NCBI GenBank assembly: GCA_963777605.1
Contig: CAVZRV010000007.1
Location: 416,001 to 480,000, forward strand
Reading direction: 5' to 3'
DNA from: an uncultured Acidobacteriota bacterium
GTDB taxonomy: Bacteria; Acidobacteriota; UBA6911; RPQK01; JAPXNP01
DNA: 64,000 nucleotides
Shown here one piece after another: positions 17,750 through 26,866 of this stretch. The position numbers and the translations under genes were made by a program. The notes below the pieces were generated by a model. The model did no database searches and was not told the origin of the DNA. It saw nothing but the letters and a program-made list of their open reading frames with translations. Position 1 is the first letter of the stretch; each line of letters starts with the position of its first letter.

Positions 17750-18730
17750 TTATCGGGCAGGGCCATTCGCCCATAATGGCGCCATTTCCTCCAGCAGGTT
17801 CTGATGAACCCGCCCGTGGAGCCTCAACATTACCGCATCCATACGGTCGTGAAAGCGCCGGCTCAAACGGATGCTTCGCAAGGTAAGGAGATCGAGAAGT
17901 TCAACCACCGAATAGACAGGATCGAACCCTCGCAAATCCAAAATCTTCTCGCTCCGCGGGGCCACGATGAAAGCCAGCCTGATCTCCAGGGTTCGGTCCG
18001 CCATCAATGCGAAGTGAAACTGCTTGATTGCGCTGCGGAAGTGTCCCGGCCCAAAACCGAAGATGTTGGGTTCGGGAGCGAGCGGCAGGAAGGCATACCC
18101 AAACGCCACTTCGGCCACGACCACCTCCCCGGCTGGGATCAGCGGTTGAGAGAGTGCCGGAATCACGGTGATCAATGCCGCCTCACGGACCCGTCGGCTC
18201 ATGGGGCGAGCGACCGGGCGCATCATCGGGATCGCTCTCACGAAATCATGAATGTCAACCCGAAGCAGCTTCCACTCGAAACCGCCGAGGCCAAAATCAG
18301 CCTCCCCAGAAGGCGGGGATTCCGGCGCATCGGCGCCGGTTCGCCGGGCCAGGACCGGCGCATAACTGAATCCTCCCCGGTCTCCGTCCTTCCGCTTCCA
18401 ACTGGAGTACCGGGCGAAGGTAGTGGGGAGTTCCTCGACAAACCGGGCCGCTGCGTTTGAGTCAATACCCATCTCAAAGCGGGCCCGTTGCAGACACCCC
18501 ATCACGCTGCAGCCGTCGCCGAGAAAATCGTAAAAGCAGTCCATGGCCACAAGCGAGCCACCCGGCGGCCTCAGGGGAAAGGTTCTGGAAAGGACTCTGG
18601 CACGCTGTTGCTCCCACCAACCGAGCAGCGCATTCCCGGTATCAATGGCCTGCCGGTTTGCCGGCAAAAGTACATTCGGCGGGAACAAATGGGACTGGGA
18701 ATCCGCGGATGGTTGGGACGGCGAGGGCAA
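17750..18730 (-). CDS. Hypothetical protein
   Basis: 326-aa ORF with globular, aromatic-rich composition (FGYAFLP, FGFGPGHF); stop abuts the convergent gene. Confidence 0.7.
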   Translation of the reverse strand: MPSPSQPSADSQSHLFPPNVLLPANRQAIDTGNALLGWWEQQRARVLSRTFPLRPPGGSLVAMDCFYDFLGDGCSVMGCLQRARFEMGIDSNAAARFVEELPTTFARYSSWKRKDGDRGGFSYAPVLARRTGADAPESPPSGEADFGLGGFEWKLLRVDIHDFVRAIPMMRPVARPMSRRVREAALITVIPALSQPLIPAGEVVVAEVAFGYAFLPLAPEPNIFGFGPGHFRSAIKQFHFALMADRTLEIRLAFIVAPRSEKILDLRGFDPVYSVVELLDLLTLRSIRLSRRFHDRMDAVMLRLHGRVHQNLLEEMAPLWANGPAR

Positions 18731-18822
18731 TCTACACCCCGGTTAAAGACGTGGCGGGAGTTCGCCCGCGGCGATCGGGAAGGCTACCACCCAATCGCCA
18801 CGAGCACTAACTGCGAAACCGA

Positions 18823-19413
18823 CTAGAAGTCGAACTGGTCACTGTACACTTCAGCGTAAACCGAACCAATCGCCGGGTTCTTGGCCGGAGTCGTTCCCAC
18901 ACCCTTGCAGGGGAACTTGCGGCCTATCAGGGATTGGTACTTGCCGGTGGCTTCGACGACTTCGTAGATGCCGGTGTAGGGTCCGCCGAAGGCGACGATG
19001 TCCTTGCGGGGGTCTTCCGAGGGACCCTGCACCGGAACGATGAAACGTCCCTGGACCTGGACCCTGAAAAGAATCTGATCTCCCTCAGGGTCGACCAGCA
19101 GACAAAGGTCGTCAGCCGCGAATTCCGGCGGCGGAATCGGCAGAAACTGGAAATTAGTCGTTGCGGTTCCCGAGATGGCGCCCCGGAACGTGCCGGTCCT
19201 GACCCCGTCACCAGTGGCCGGAAAATCGGTCACAACGTCCTGATGAATGAAGAGCAATTTCGGCGACTGGAGCATATCGGTTTCGGGGTCGATACCATTA
19301 CCATTGTCTCCTCTGGTCGTCGCTCTCACGCCGGCCAGCGCCCAAACCGCGCTCAGTGCAATCAGCAGCAATGCCACACCGATAATCTGTTTCCTGGAAG
19401 CAAAAGACTTCAT
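18823..19413 (-). CDS. Secreted beta-rich hypothetical protein
   Basis: AAGGAAGGAG RBS, signal peptide, beta-strand pattern with YEVVEATGKY. Confidence 0.8.
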   Translation of the reverse strand: MKSFASRKQIIGVALLLIALSAVWALAGVRATTRGDNGNGIDPETDMLQSPKLLFIHQDVVTDFPATGDGVRTGTFRGAISGTATTNFQFLPIPPPEFAADDLCLLVDPEGDQILFRVQVQGRFIVPVQGPSEDPRKDIVAFGGPYTGIYEVVEATGKYQSLIGRKFPCKGVGTTPAKNPAIGSVYAEVYSDQFDF

Positions 19414-19496
19414 ACCCAAACTCCTTCCTTCTTAATTCACTGAGGCCGGAAGTCGAGGATTCGACCGCCCGCCTCCACCCGTAACTTTTCAGAGAC

Positions 19497-19895
19497 CTAC
19501 GCGAAAGACTCCTTGAGCGGAGTCCAGTAATAATCCACCCATCCCTTTTCGTATGATCCGGCCTGAGATACCGGAACGCGACTGTGAACCATCGTCAACT
19601 GCGTTCCTCCATCGCACGGAGCCAGGCGAATTTCGACAAGAGACGGGTCCTGGCCATCCGGCCATTCCGTCGTGCTCCATTCCTGAACGATCAGTCGCCC
19701 CTTTTCGAGTTTCAGAAAACGGCCCTCGATGTAGCCGTCCCATGCGGTGAAGACGGCTCCTTCGACCGCATCGCCGGTAGCTTCCGCCCCGGTAAAGGCA
19801 GAGTGCTTCTCAGCGTCAACCAGGGCCTCGAACACGTCGTTGGGAGTCGCCGGGATAATTTGAGACTGTTCGAAGGAGGTCGTTTTCTCTGCCAT
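19497..19895 (-). CDS. SRPBCC/AHSA1-like domain protein
   Basis: ATPNDVFEALVD, FTAWDGYIEG, LIVQEW, GTQLTMVH, GWVDYYW. Confidence 0.88.
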   Translation of the reverse strand: MAEKTTSFEQSQIIPATPNDVFEALVDAEKHSAFTGAEATGDAVEGAVFTAWDGYIEGRFLKLEKGRLIVQEWSTTEWPDGQDPSLVEIRLAPCDGGTQLTMVHSRVPVSQAGSYEKGWVDYYWTPLKESFA

Positions 19896-21763
19896 TAGGG
19901 AAGGGAGTCCTCCAGGTTGGGCGGCTTGGTGTTCACATTCGAGACGATCCCTCCGTCAACGATGATGCTGATGTAGGGAGCGTCCGGGGCATTCGAGAAC
20001 TGCACCGTTGCCAAATGCGGGTCGGAGTCCTTGCTCCAGGAACCGAACCCGCTGAAAGTCACCGTATCGAACTGCCCCTCGGGAAGCGTTGACCCTCTCG
20101 AGTTCGTACAACTGACCGACGCCAGGCTGTACATCTTGAAAGTGCCTCCATCCGAACTGTTGAAGTTCTGGTATTCAAAGAAGGCATCCTTTCCAACCGG
20201 GTCACACGACACCGAGTAGTTGTAGCTGAAGTCATCGCCAGTTGACGATATTGCCTGGCCGCTGTCGCTCATCACTACCTCGGATGGAGGTCCGGGATGC
20301 ATCGCCTGGATCCTCAGGAACGGATCCAGAGTGGATCCTTCGCCGGCAATCCAGCTGTTGGCCTTGACCAGATCAGGGGACGGGTACCGAAACCCGGAAA
20401 AGTCAACCGTGACGTCTCCGTTGAACCGGAAGACCGTCTGGCCGTTGACCCCATTTTCGAAAAGGGCCGGCCCCCTGAAGTTGAACGAGCTCGGCGCAAT
20501 GGCTCCGTCGTTCTGTTCGAGCAGCGCAAACAGCAGATCCTGTGCGATGAATCCCCGGTAAAGCAGCTCACCCAGGACTCTGCCGGTCTTCAGGTCAATC
20601 GCACCCAGGGCCAGGTCGAACGGATCATCCGCAAACGCTACGTCCTGGAGGTGATAGGTCTGGAGCGGAAACCGCAGGTACTCGTCGTGCCCAAGCAAAC
20701 CAACCGAGAGCCCCGGGATCGAAAGTGGAGTCTCCGGCGGTTCGGCCAGCAACCCGGCCGGCACCAGGCTGGACACCCAGAAAGGCACCGTATCCCCAAA
20801 CCGTGGCCCGAATTGAATCTGGATACGACCCAAGAGGTGCGACCGCCCGGTCGCAGTCCCGCCCAGTTGCGGGATATTCAGGTTAAAGGCATCCCCGAAA
20901 CTGGTGTTGTGAGTAAAGGTCGTCAACTGCCACATGGTGTTCGTCGGGATCTCAGGACAGTTGTCCCCGCACGATTCGCCTTCCGGAGCAGCGGTGGAAA
21001 GCAACAGGTGAGGATGCAACGAAGTACCCGGCGACGGAATGCTGGCACAGTCCAGGCGAATGTTGCAGAAGGGGAGTGGAAACCGCGGGACATCACCAAC
21101 CAGGCCGCTTCCCTCAATCTTGTTCCCCAAAGGCAGGAAACTCGTACCGTAAAAGGTGAAGTCCAGCAGCCCGTCGTCGCGCTGCGAAAACTTCGCCCAC
21201 GATGAGCCGTACACCCCGGGAAATTTGATCACCGGGGCTTCCAGCTTCGGATTGACTTGGCCAAGAGCGTAGATCGCCGTGTTGATGAACAAGACGCGGT
21301 ATTCGAGATTGGTGACTTCACCCGTCTTCAGGTTGAGGTCCCCTTCCGATACGATCTGGTCCTGCGAATCGCTGACCAGCTCAAACTCGACCGGAAACTT
21401 GTAGAACTGGGGAGCTGCCAGCACGCTGTCGTCGCCAGACAACCCTCGCGGATGGGTCACTTCAAAGTGGGCAATGTCCTTGACCGGTTCGTAAAACTTG
21501 ATGTGCACGCTTCCGGCTAAGTGGGCATCGGTCATCGCCAGACCGCCGAAAAGCAGGTTTCCGCAGGTCCCGAACGGGTTATCCGCATCATCGGGGCAGT
21601 CGACCGCCCGCAAGGCATCTCCGAAATAACTAGTCTCAGAGTTGATCGGAAGGGTCTGCTCCAGTCCTGGCGGCAACTGCAGGGGCACGGCAAGATCGCC
21701 CTCGGAGGCAAAGAGACTGACAGGGAGCAGCGTAACTTGAGCAATCAGCAATAGACGTCTCAT
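19895..21763 (-). CDS. Secreted hypothetical protein with internal duplication
   Basis: Signal peptide, paired Cys, two homologous ~250-aa halves; coupled to both neighbours by stop/start overlaps. Confidence 0.82.
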   Translation of the reverse strand: MRRLLLIAQVTLLPVSLFASEGDLAVPLQLPPGLEQTLPINSETSYFGDALRAVDCPDDADNPFGTCGNLLFGGLAMTDAHLAGSVHIKFYEPVKDIAHFEVTHPRGLSGDDSVLAAPQFYKFPVEFELVSDSQDQIVSEGDLNLKTGEVTNLEYRVLFINTAIYALGQVNPKLEAPVIKFPGVYGSSWAKFSQRDDGLLDFTFYGTSFLPLGNKIEGSGLVGDVPRFPLPFCNIRLDCASIPSPGTSLHPHLLLSTAAPEGESCGDNCPEIPTNTMWQLTTFTHNTSFGDAFNLNIPQLGGTATGRSHLLGRIQIQFGPRFGDTVPFWVSSLVPAGLLAEPPETPLSIPGLSVGLLGHDEYLRFPLQTYHLQDVAFADDPFDLALGAIDLKTGRVLGELLYRGFIAQDLLFALLEQNDGAIAPSSFNFRGPALFENGVNGQTVFRFNGDVTVDFSGFRYPSPDLVKANSWIAGEGSTLDPFLRIQAMHPGPPSEVVMSDSGQAISSTGDDFSYNYSVSCDPVGKDAFFEYQNFNSSDGGTFKMYSLASVSCTNSRGSTLPEGQFDTVTFSGFGSWSKDSDPHLATVQFSNAPDAPYISIIVDGGIVSNVNTKPPNLEDSLP

Positions 21764-23136
21764 CGAGGGTTCCTCCGTGAGGGGGATTGGGGAGGTGGAC
21801 TGACCCGTCGACTGGACCGGGGAGTCTTGTCAGGGTTCACGTTCTCCAGTTCGGCTTTGACGCGAAGGATATTGCGCATCTTATCCCGCGGAATGAACCG
21901 GGAAAGTTCATCCAGGGTTGTCTCTGCCCCGGTGGACACCCGGAAATCGCCAACACTGTCGTCTGCGAGAATGTTCTCGACCGAGACCAGCGGATAGCTC
22001 TTGCCGTAGCTGGAATTCAGGAAGCTCAGAATCCCGTTCGCGATCAAAGCATGGCCGGTTGGCCCCGGGTAGTAGCCGTTCAGGGAATAAAGCCCGCCAA
22101 GGAAATCCGCCCCAAGCTGCTTGTCTCCCACGACGGCCCCGTTCACCTTGAGAGTGTGCAACTGCGCATTCAGGTCGTAGACCAACGCACCGTTCCGGCC
22201 CGCCACATCGGCAATTGCCGAATTCAACTGACTGACGTAGGCGGTCAACTCCGCAGCCGACTCCGCCGTAATGACCGAGCCGTTGGGCAGAGGACCCGAT
22301 GTCCGGGCAAGGAACTGGTTCCCAATCTCAACAAGCCCCGGCACCGTGATCCAGTCATCCACCGTGAGCCCGTACAGCCCGAGCACCACGTAGGGGAGGA
22401 CCCTGAGGAGTTTCGCACTCGAAACGGGGGAATTTGCGAAGGCGGTATCGAGAGGATTCGGTACCGTCATCACGACCACTTCGGCGTAGGTCGAACGCAG
22501 TCCCGAGATCACCGCCTCGTAGTCCGACCGAAACTGGGCCGGATCCGGCAACCGGCTGAAATCGCCCGTCGCCGCCGCATCGACAACCTCACTGTATCCC
22601 AGTTCCACCAGTGCAAACGTCGGCCGCATTGCTTCGGCGTACTCCAACTGGGTCCAGAATGGGACCTCATCTTCGAGAATCAGCTGCGGAAACCCCAGCA
22701 CGAAGTTGACCAGGGTCTGCTTCTTGTCCTGATCCTGAATCAAGGGAAGCGTCGGCCGGCGCGTGATCGAATCAGAAAGTCGCAATCCGGGAACCGAAAG
22801 GTTGAAAACGAACAAGTACGGAGGGAAAGGCTTCCGTACCGTCGTCTGCAGGGCGGCAGGAATCCGCAGGGGCAACTCGTTGTAGCCGACCACATTTCCG
22901 ATTCCGGGAGGCTGGAGATTCGGCTGCGGCAGAATTGTGCCTACCTGCTGGGCGATCAGTGCCGGGAAGGAGTTCTCCTGCCCCTTCGAACTCAGGCTGA
23001 AATTGTAAACTCCGGCTGCCATGCCCTCACCGAGAACGACGAATGTCGTCGTATCCAGGCGACGGGACGCTTGAGCTCCCAGGAATGGGCTCACCAATAG
23101 AAGGCAGAGAATAAGAACAACGGTTCGCTTCATCAT
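21760..23136 (-). CDS. Secreted SGNH/GDSL-fold protein lacking catalytic residues
   Basis: Signal peptide; FVVLGEGMAAG (block I), FNLSVPG, YSLNGYYPGPTGHALIAN (block V). Confidence 0.78.
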   Translation of the reverse strand: MMKRTVVLILCLLLVSPFLGAQASRRLDTTTFVVLGEGMAAGVYNFSLSSKGQENSFPALIAQQVGTILPQPNLQPPGIGNVVGYNELPLRIPAALQTTVRKPFPPYLFVFNLSVPGLRLSDSITRRPTLPLIQDQDKKQTLVNFVLGFPQLILEDEVPFWTQLEYAEAMRPTFALVELGYSEVVDAAATGDFSRLPDPAQFRSDYEAVISGLRSTYAEVVVMTVPNPLDTAFANSPVSSAKLLRVLPYVVLGLYGLTVDDWITVPGLVEIGNQFLARTSGPLPNGSVITAESAAELTAYVSQLNSAIADVAGRNGALVYDLNAQLHTLKVNGAVVGDKQLGADFLGGLYSLNGYYPGPTGHALIANGILSFLNSSYGKSYPLVSVENILADDSVGDFRVSTGAETTLDELSRFIPRDKMRNILRVKAELENVNPDKTPRSSRRVSPPPQSPSRRNPR

Positions 23137-23140
23137 GATG

Positions 23141-24583
23141 CTACCAATCCGGATCCAGGTTGTCCTGCCCAAGGTTGATTCTCAGGCCGAGGCCGCCGAG
23201 GTGGGCAAAGTTGTCGTAGACCCCGTTTGTGAATACATCGGCATTTGCGGCGACGTTGGTCTCGCGGACCATGAATTTCATCGCCTGGTAGAAGATGCTG
23301 AATTCCATGTTCCCCCGCGTCATCGACGCTCCCGCGGTAAAACTGTGCCGGCTGCTGTCGGGAAACAGCGGCCCGGTACTCTTGTCGGGAACCGGGCTGT
23401 GGTCGAACATGTAGCCGCCACGGACGTCCATCCCCCACTTGAAGGGGTGTTCGTAACCCGCGTTGATCTGGTAGGAGTTGTTGAAGTCAAACTCGAGTCG
23501 CAGTTCCTCCGGCGTCGCGACATCCACGGTCTGACTGAAATTCACCGGAACGCTCTTGAACCGATGATAGTCCATATATTGGAAATCAAACGCCGCGGTT
23601 CCGCCGAACACTTCCTCCTTGGCCACGGCCACCTTGTATGACGCCGGTGTCGTGAAGGAGCCCTTGATCGGCTGATCGGGAAAAAGGTCGGGAATCGTGT
23701 CGGCTCCAACGAAAGGCTCCAGCGTGTAACCGGTCGTAAAAGCAAAGGTGGCCCTTCCGTCAAGGTGATGGGTCACCGCGCTTCGGTACATCGCCCCGAA
23801 GTTCATCTTGCGCTCAGGGTCACGGTGGAGAAAACCAAGGTTGAACCCAAGACTCTGGCTCGTTCCGGCCAGCCGGGAGCGCCCCTCGGGAAGGAGGCGC
23901 GCAATCGCCGGGCCGGCCAGTTCGGGATCTTCGCCTGGGAAAATCAGGTTGGACAACTCCTTCCCGAACACGATCCCGTCGTCGAGCGGGTTCAGGATGC
24001 TCTGCTCGAGCATCAGGTGAGTGTGGACCAATGCCACCCCGAGGGCTACCGCCGTGTTGGGTCTGACCCGGTACGCTACCGTCGGTTGAAACCAGATTGA
24101 CTCAAGTCGCGCCCGGTCGCCCGCGTAGCGGGCCACGAACTTGGTCTCCTGCGGGTCACTGTCCTTGAAGCTGGTCCAGTTAGCCGAAAGACCGAACGGC
24201 GAGAAGACTCCGAAACCGAAGGTCAGTTTCTCGGAGAGGTCCTTGGTCATGTACATGCTCGCCACTGGTATCAGCTTCGGCGCCACCGACCCGTTGAATC
24301 CCTTTTGTGGGACGTACTGGCCGGCCGGCGTGTCGAAAGGAGTGAAGCGGAAGAGACCGACGACTCCCAGGGAGTCCATTTCCATCCGCAAGCCCTTCTG
24401 GAAGGCAATACCGGCGGGATTGTAGAAAAGGGCGGAACCGTCATCGGCAATCGCCGCAAAGGCACCTCCCATCCCCATCGCCCTGACACCAAGCTCATAG
24501 ATTGAAAATGCCGACGCATCCAACCGTCCTGAGACTGCAAAAAGGGAGACGCAAACTAGAAGAACGAGCTTTTTCGCGGTCAT
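23141..24583 (-). CDS. fadL: OmpP1/FadL family outer-membrane hydrophobic-compound channel
   Basis: Signal peptide, AFSIYELGVRAMGMGGA, DDGSALFYNPAG (NPA motif), PFGL, RGGYMFDHSPVP, PDSSR. Confidence 0.88.
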   Translation of the reverse strand: MTAKKLVLLVCVSLFAVSGRLDASAFSIYELGVRAMGMGGAFAAIADDGSALFYNPAGIAFQKGLRMEMDSLGVVGLFRFTPFDTPAGQYVPQKGFNGSVAPKLIPVASMYMTKDLSEKLTFGFGVFSPFGLSANWTSFKDSDPQETKFVARYAGDRARLESIWFQPTVAYRVRPNTAVALGVALVHTHLMLEQSILNPLDDGIVFGKELSNLIFPGEDPELAGPAIARLLPEGRSRLAGTSQSLGFNLGFLHRDPERKMNFGAMYRSAVTHHLDGRATFAFTTGYTLEPFVGADTIPDLFPDQPIKGSFTTPASYKVAVAKEEVFGGTAAFDFQYMDYHRFKSVPVNFSQTVDVATPEELRLEFDFNNSYQINAGYEHPFKWGMDVRGGYMFDHSPVPDKSTGPLFPDSSRHSFTAGASMTRGNMEFSIFYQAMKFMVRETNVAANADVFTNGVYDNFAHLGGLGLRINLGQDNLDPDW

Positions 24584-24668
24584 CCTACTCCCCGGTCGTT
24601 CGGAACAGATAGTCCCCTGCCCCCAACGTCACCGAAACTAATCCAGGGCAGGCTTCAGAATTGGGAAC

Positions 24669-24725
24669 AGACTAAGACAACAGTTCCAAGTTTGTCAATA
24701 TAAATAAACGGATGCAAATTATTTA
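24669..24725 (-). promoter_or_regulatory. Putative sigma70 promoter and upstream inverted repeat for the fadL operon
   Basis: TTGACA-N18-TAGTCT (24698 to 24669); TAAATAA-N11-TTATTTA at 24701-24725. Confidence 0.45.
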
Positions 24726-24738
24726 AACATGCGCGTTG

Positions 24739-25503
24739 TCATTGAACTGAACCCAGGGCCTCATCCACTGCGGCTTGCAGATCATGAAATCCGTAGCGTA
24801 CCTCGGACGGCGAGGCACCATATTCGTTGCCCCAGAAGGGCTCCCGAAGGACAACGCCCGAACGGTCGAAAATCCAGATAGTCGGCGCGCCGTAGCGCCT
24901 AGGGTCAAGGTGCCATTTGAAACGCCCCAACCAGGCGGGATTTCCGGAGACTTCCCCACTTTCCTTCGAAAGCAGGGTCATTCTCGGGTCAAAGTATAGC
25001 TTCGAAAACGGGATCAGTGATGACTTCCTTAAGCTGACAGTCTTTGCAACAAATGTCTTGAGGGCAACCCTGTAGGCAGGAGACTGGTCCGGGGCAGTCA
25101 GAAAGAGGTCAGCAGGATACCCGTATTTCTCAGGGGCAAAGACAGGAGGGACCGCCACCCCGATCACCTCCACCGGCTTGTCCCCGAAAGCGTTGACAAG
25201 CGCCCTTTGGATGGCCAAATCGTCGAAGCTGTCCTGGCACCACAGCGGTCCCCGGAAGGAGCCGGCGGGAAACTTCGCGGCGCCCCCGCCGAAAATGACG
25301 AGCACGACTACCCGCGTGTCCGGTCCCACCTGGGACAATAGCTGCACCGGGACCAGGTCCTCACCCAGAACTGTCGTATCGGGCGCGATCCGGTCGCCTG
25401 GCTGATAGCTCGAGACTTCGGAAAGAACCAGTTTCGGCTGCCCAGATAGAAGCGCAACAGTCAAACATAGAAACAGGACAACCAGAGATCCCGCAGCTTT
25501 CAC
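24739..25503 (-). CDS. Exported thioredoxin/redoxin-like hypothetical protein
   Basis: Signal peptide; GDRIAPD..VVVLVIFG..LWC..PTIWIFDRSGVV pattern with a single Cys. Confidence 0.6.
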   Translation of the reverse strand: MKAAGSLVVLFLCLTVALLSGQPKLVLSEVSSYQPGDRIAPDTTVLGEDLVPVQLLSQVGPDTRVVVLVIFGGGAAKFPAGSFRGPLWCQDSFDDLAIQRALVNAFGDKPVEVIGVAVPPVFAPEKYGYPADLFLTAPDQSPAYRVALKTFVAKTVSLRKSSLIPFSKLYFDPRMTLLSKESGEVSGNPAWLGRFKWHLDPRRYGAPTIWIFDRSGVVLREPFWGNEYGASPSEVRYGFHDLQAAVDEALGSVQ

Positions 25504-25504
25504 C

Positions 25505-26800
25505 TTAGCCTTTCCCTTCCCTGGAAATATTCATTTTCATCAGGACCAGCCCAGTCAGGAGCTTGGGGTAGAAATCGGTCGATTTCTGGGGCATCTTAGC
25601 CCCAAATTCGGAAACTTCTCTCACCTGTTCAAGTGAAGTTGGTCTGAGAAGACATCCCAGTTGAATTTCTCCCGACTTCAACGCGCCCAGCAGTTCTTCT
25701 CTCTCCCGAAAATAGGAAACTCGCCCACCGCCGGCAACCTGTTCCGGGGTGATGTCCAGAATCTCTTCGAATACTCCGCTGTGGAGGACGCTCACATCCA
25801 GGCTCCGCAGAGGCCCCGCGACCGAGGGCATGAAGGATCGATCGGACAGAACCTCGGTTTTCAGCACGGCCAGGACCGTCTTGACCTGGCCGTCCTCGAC
25901 CCAGCAGAAACCGAAATGGTGGTGCCCATGGTTGATTCGGGCGACAAGAACATCCAGGCCCTCAACCGGGGACACCTCAAACCGGGACGCCAGGCGAGCT
26001 GAAAACCAGGACGAATCGAACTGGCCGAGCCCTTTCACCCCACGGTGCGTTGGAAGGATGCGCATGCCTTCGCTGTCCATGTTGAAGAGTGCCACCATTC
26101 GCTTGTCAAAAGACTCTGCCGCCGCCGGCTTCCAGCCCTTTTCGATGCATTCCCGGTAGAACGTAAGAGAGGTCTGATAGCGGTGGTGACCATCGGCGAT
26201 ATACAAAGGGCAGGCCGCGAGCGCCTTGCGCGCCGCCGAAACGACTTCCGGATTCGATACTGCCCAGATCCGGTTGAGCACGCCGAAATCGTCCCGGACC
26301 TCGATTGAAGGCGACCGCTCTGCGACACCCGACTCGAGGATCCGGTCAACCGCCAGCGTCGGGTCGGAAAAAAGAGTAAAGACCAGGCCTTCATTCGCCT
26401 CGGTGTACCGGATCAGGTTGAGCCGGTCCGCCAGCGGCCGTGCCAGGACGTTCTCGTGGCCCTTTACAGCCAGTTCCGGATCATCCAGCGCGACCATCCC
26501 GATTAAGCCGATCCGGACGCGGTCCTCGCCCTCGAACCGAAACCGCTGTTCGTAAATATAGAGGCAGGGTTCGGTATCCTGGGACAAGGCTCCTGAGTTG
26601 ATCCACTGCTCCAAAACGCTCGCTGCTTCCCCGTAATTCTCGTTCTTGATGACGCGGACGATATTGAAGGGACTCCGGTTAAGGTAGTCAGCTCTGAGGT
26701 CATCGGGTATCTTGTCGTAGGGCTGGGTTACAACCGCTTCCAGACTGCCCACGTGCTCTTCGTGAAATCGGTATCCTTTGAAGGGATAGATGTGTGCCAT
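25505..26800 (-). CDS. DUF1015 family protein
   Basis: IYPFKGYR, QPYDKI, HENV, LYIADGHHRY, PTHR, MPQKSTDFYPKL. Confidence 0.9.
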   Translation of the reverse strand: MAHIYPFKGYRFHEEHVGSLEAVVTQPYDKIPDDLRADYLNRSPFNIVRVIKNENYGEAASVLEQWINSGALSQDTEPCLYIYEQRFRFEGEDRVRIGLIGMVALDDPELAVKGHENVLARPLADRLNLIRYTEANEGLVFTLFSDPTLAVDRILESGVAERSPSIEVRDDFGVLNRIWAVSNPEVVSAARKALAACPLYIADGHHRYQTSLTFYRECIEKGWKPAAAESFDKRMVALFNMDSEGMRILPTHRGVKGLGQFDSSWFSARLASRFEVSPVEGLDVLVARINHGHHHFGFCWVEDGQVKTVLAVLKTEVLSDRSFMPSVAGPLRSLDVSVLHSGVFEEILDITPEQVAGGGRVSYFREREELLGALKSGEIQLGCLLRPTSLEQVREVSEFGAKMPQKSTDFYPKLLTGLVLMKMNISREGKG

Positions 26801-26866
26801 CTGCGCATTCTACAATCTCAGGCCCTTGGTTTCGATAAACTGCGGATTCATCTCGAGGACTGACAA

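Noticed and set aside
3023-24583. Branched GDGT/ether lipid synthesis genes
   Set aside because: Tempting for an acidobacterium, but no radical-SAM membrane-spanning lipid synthase, Ger/PlsA or ElbD-like gene is visible.
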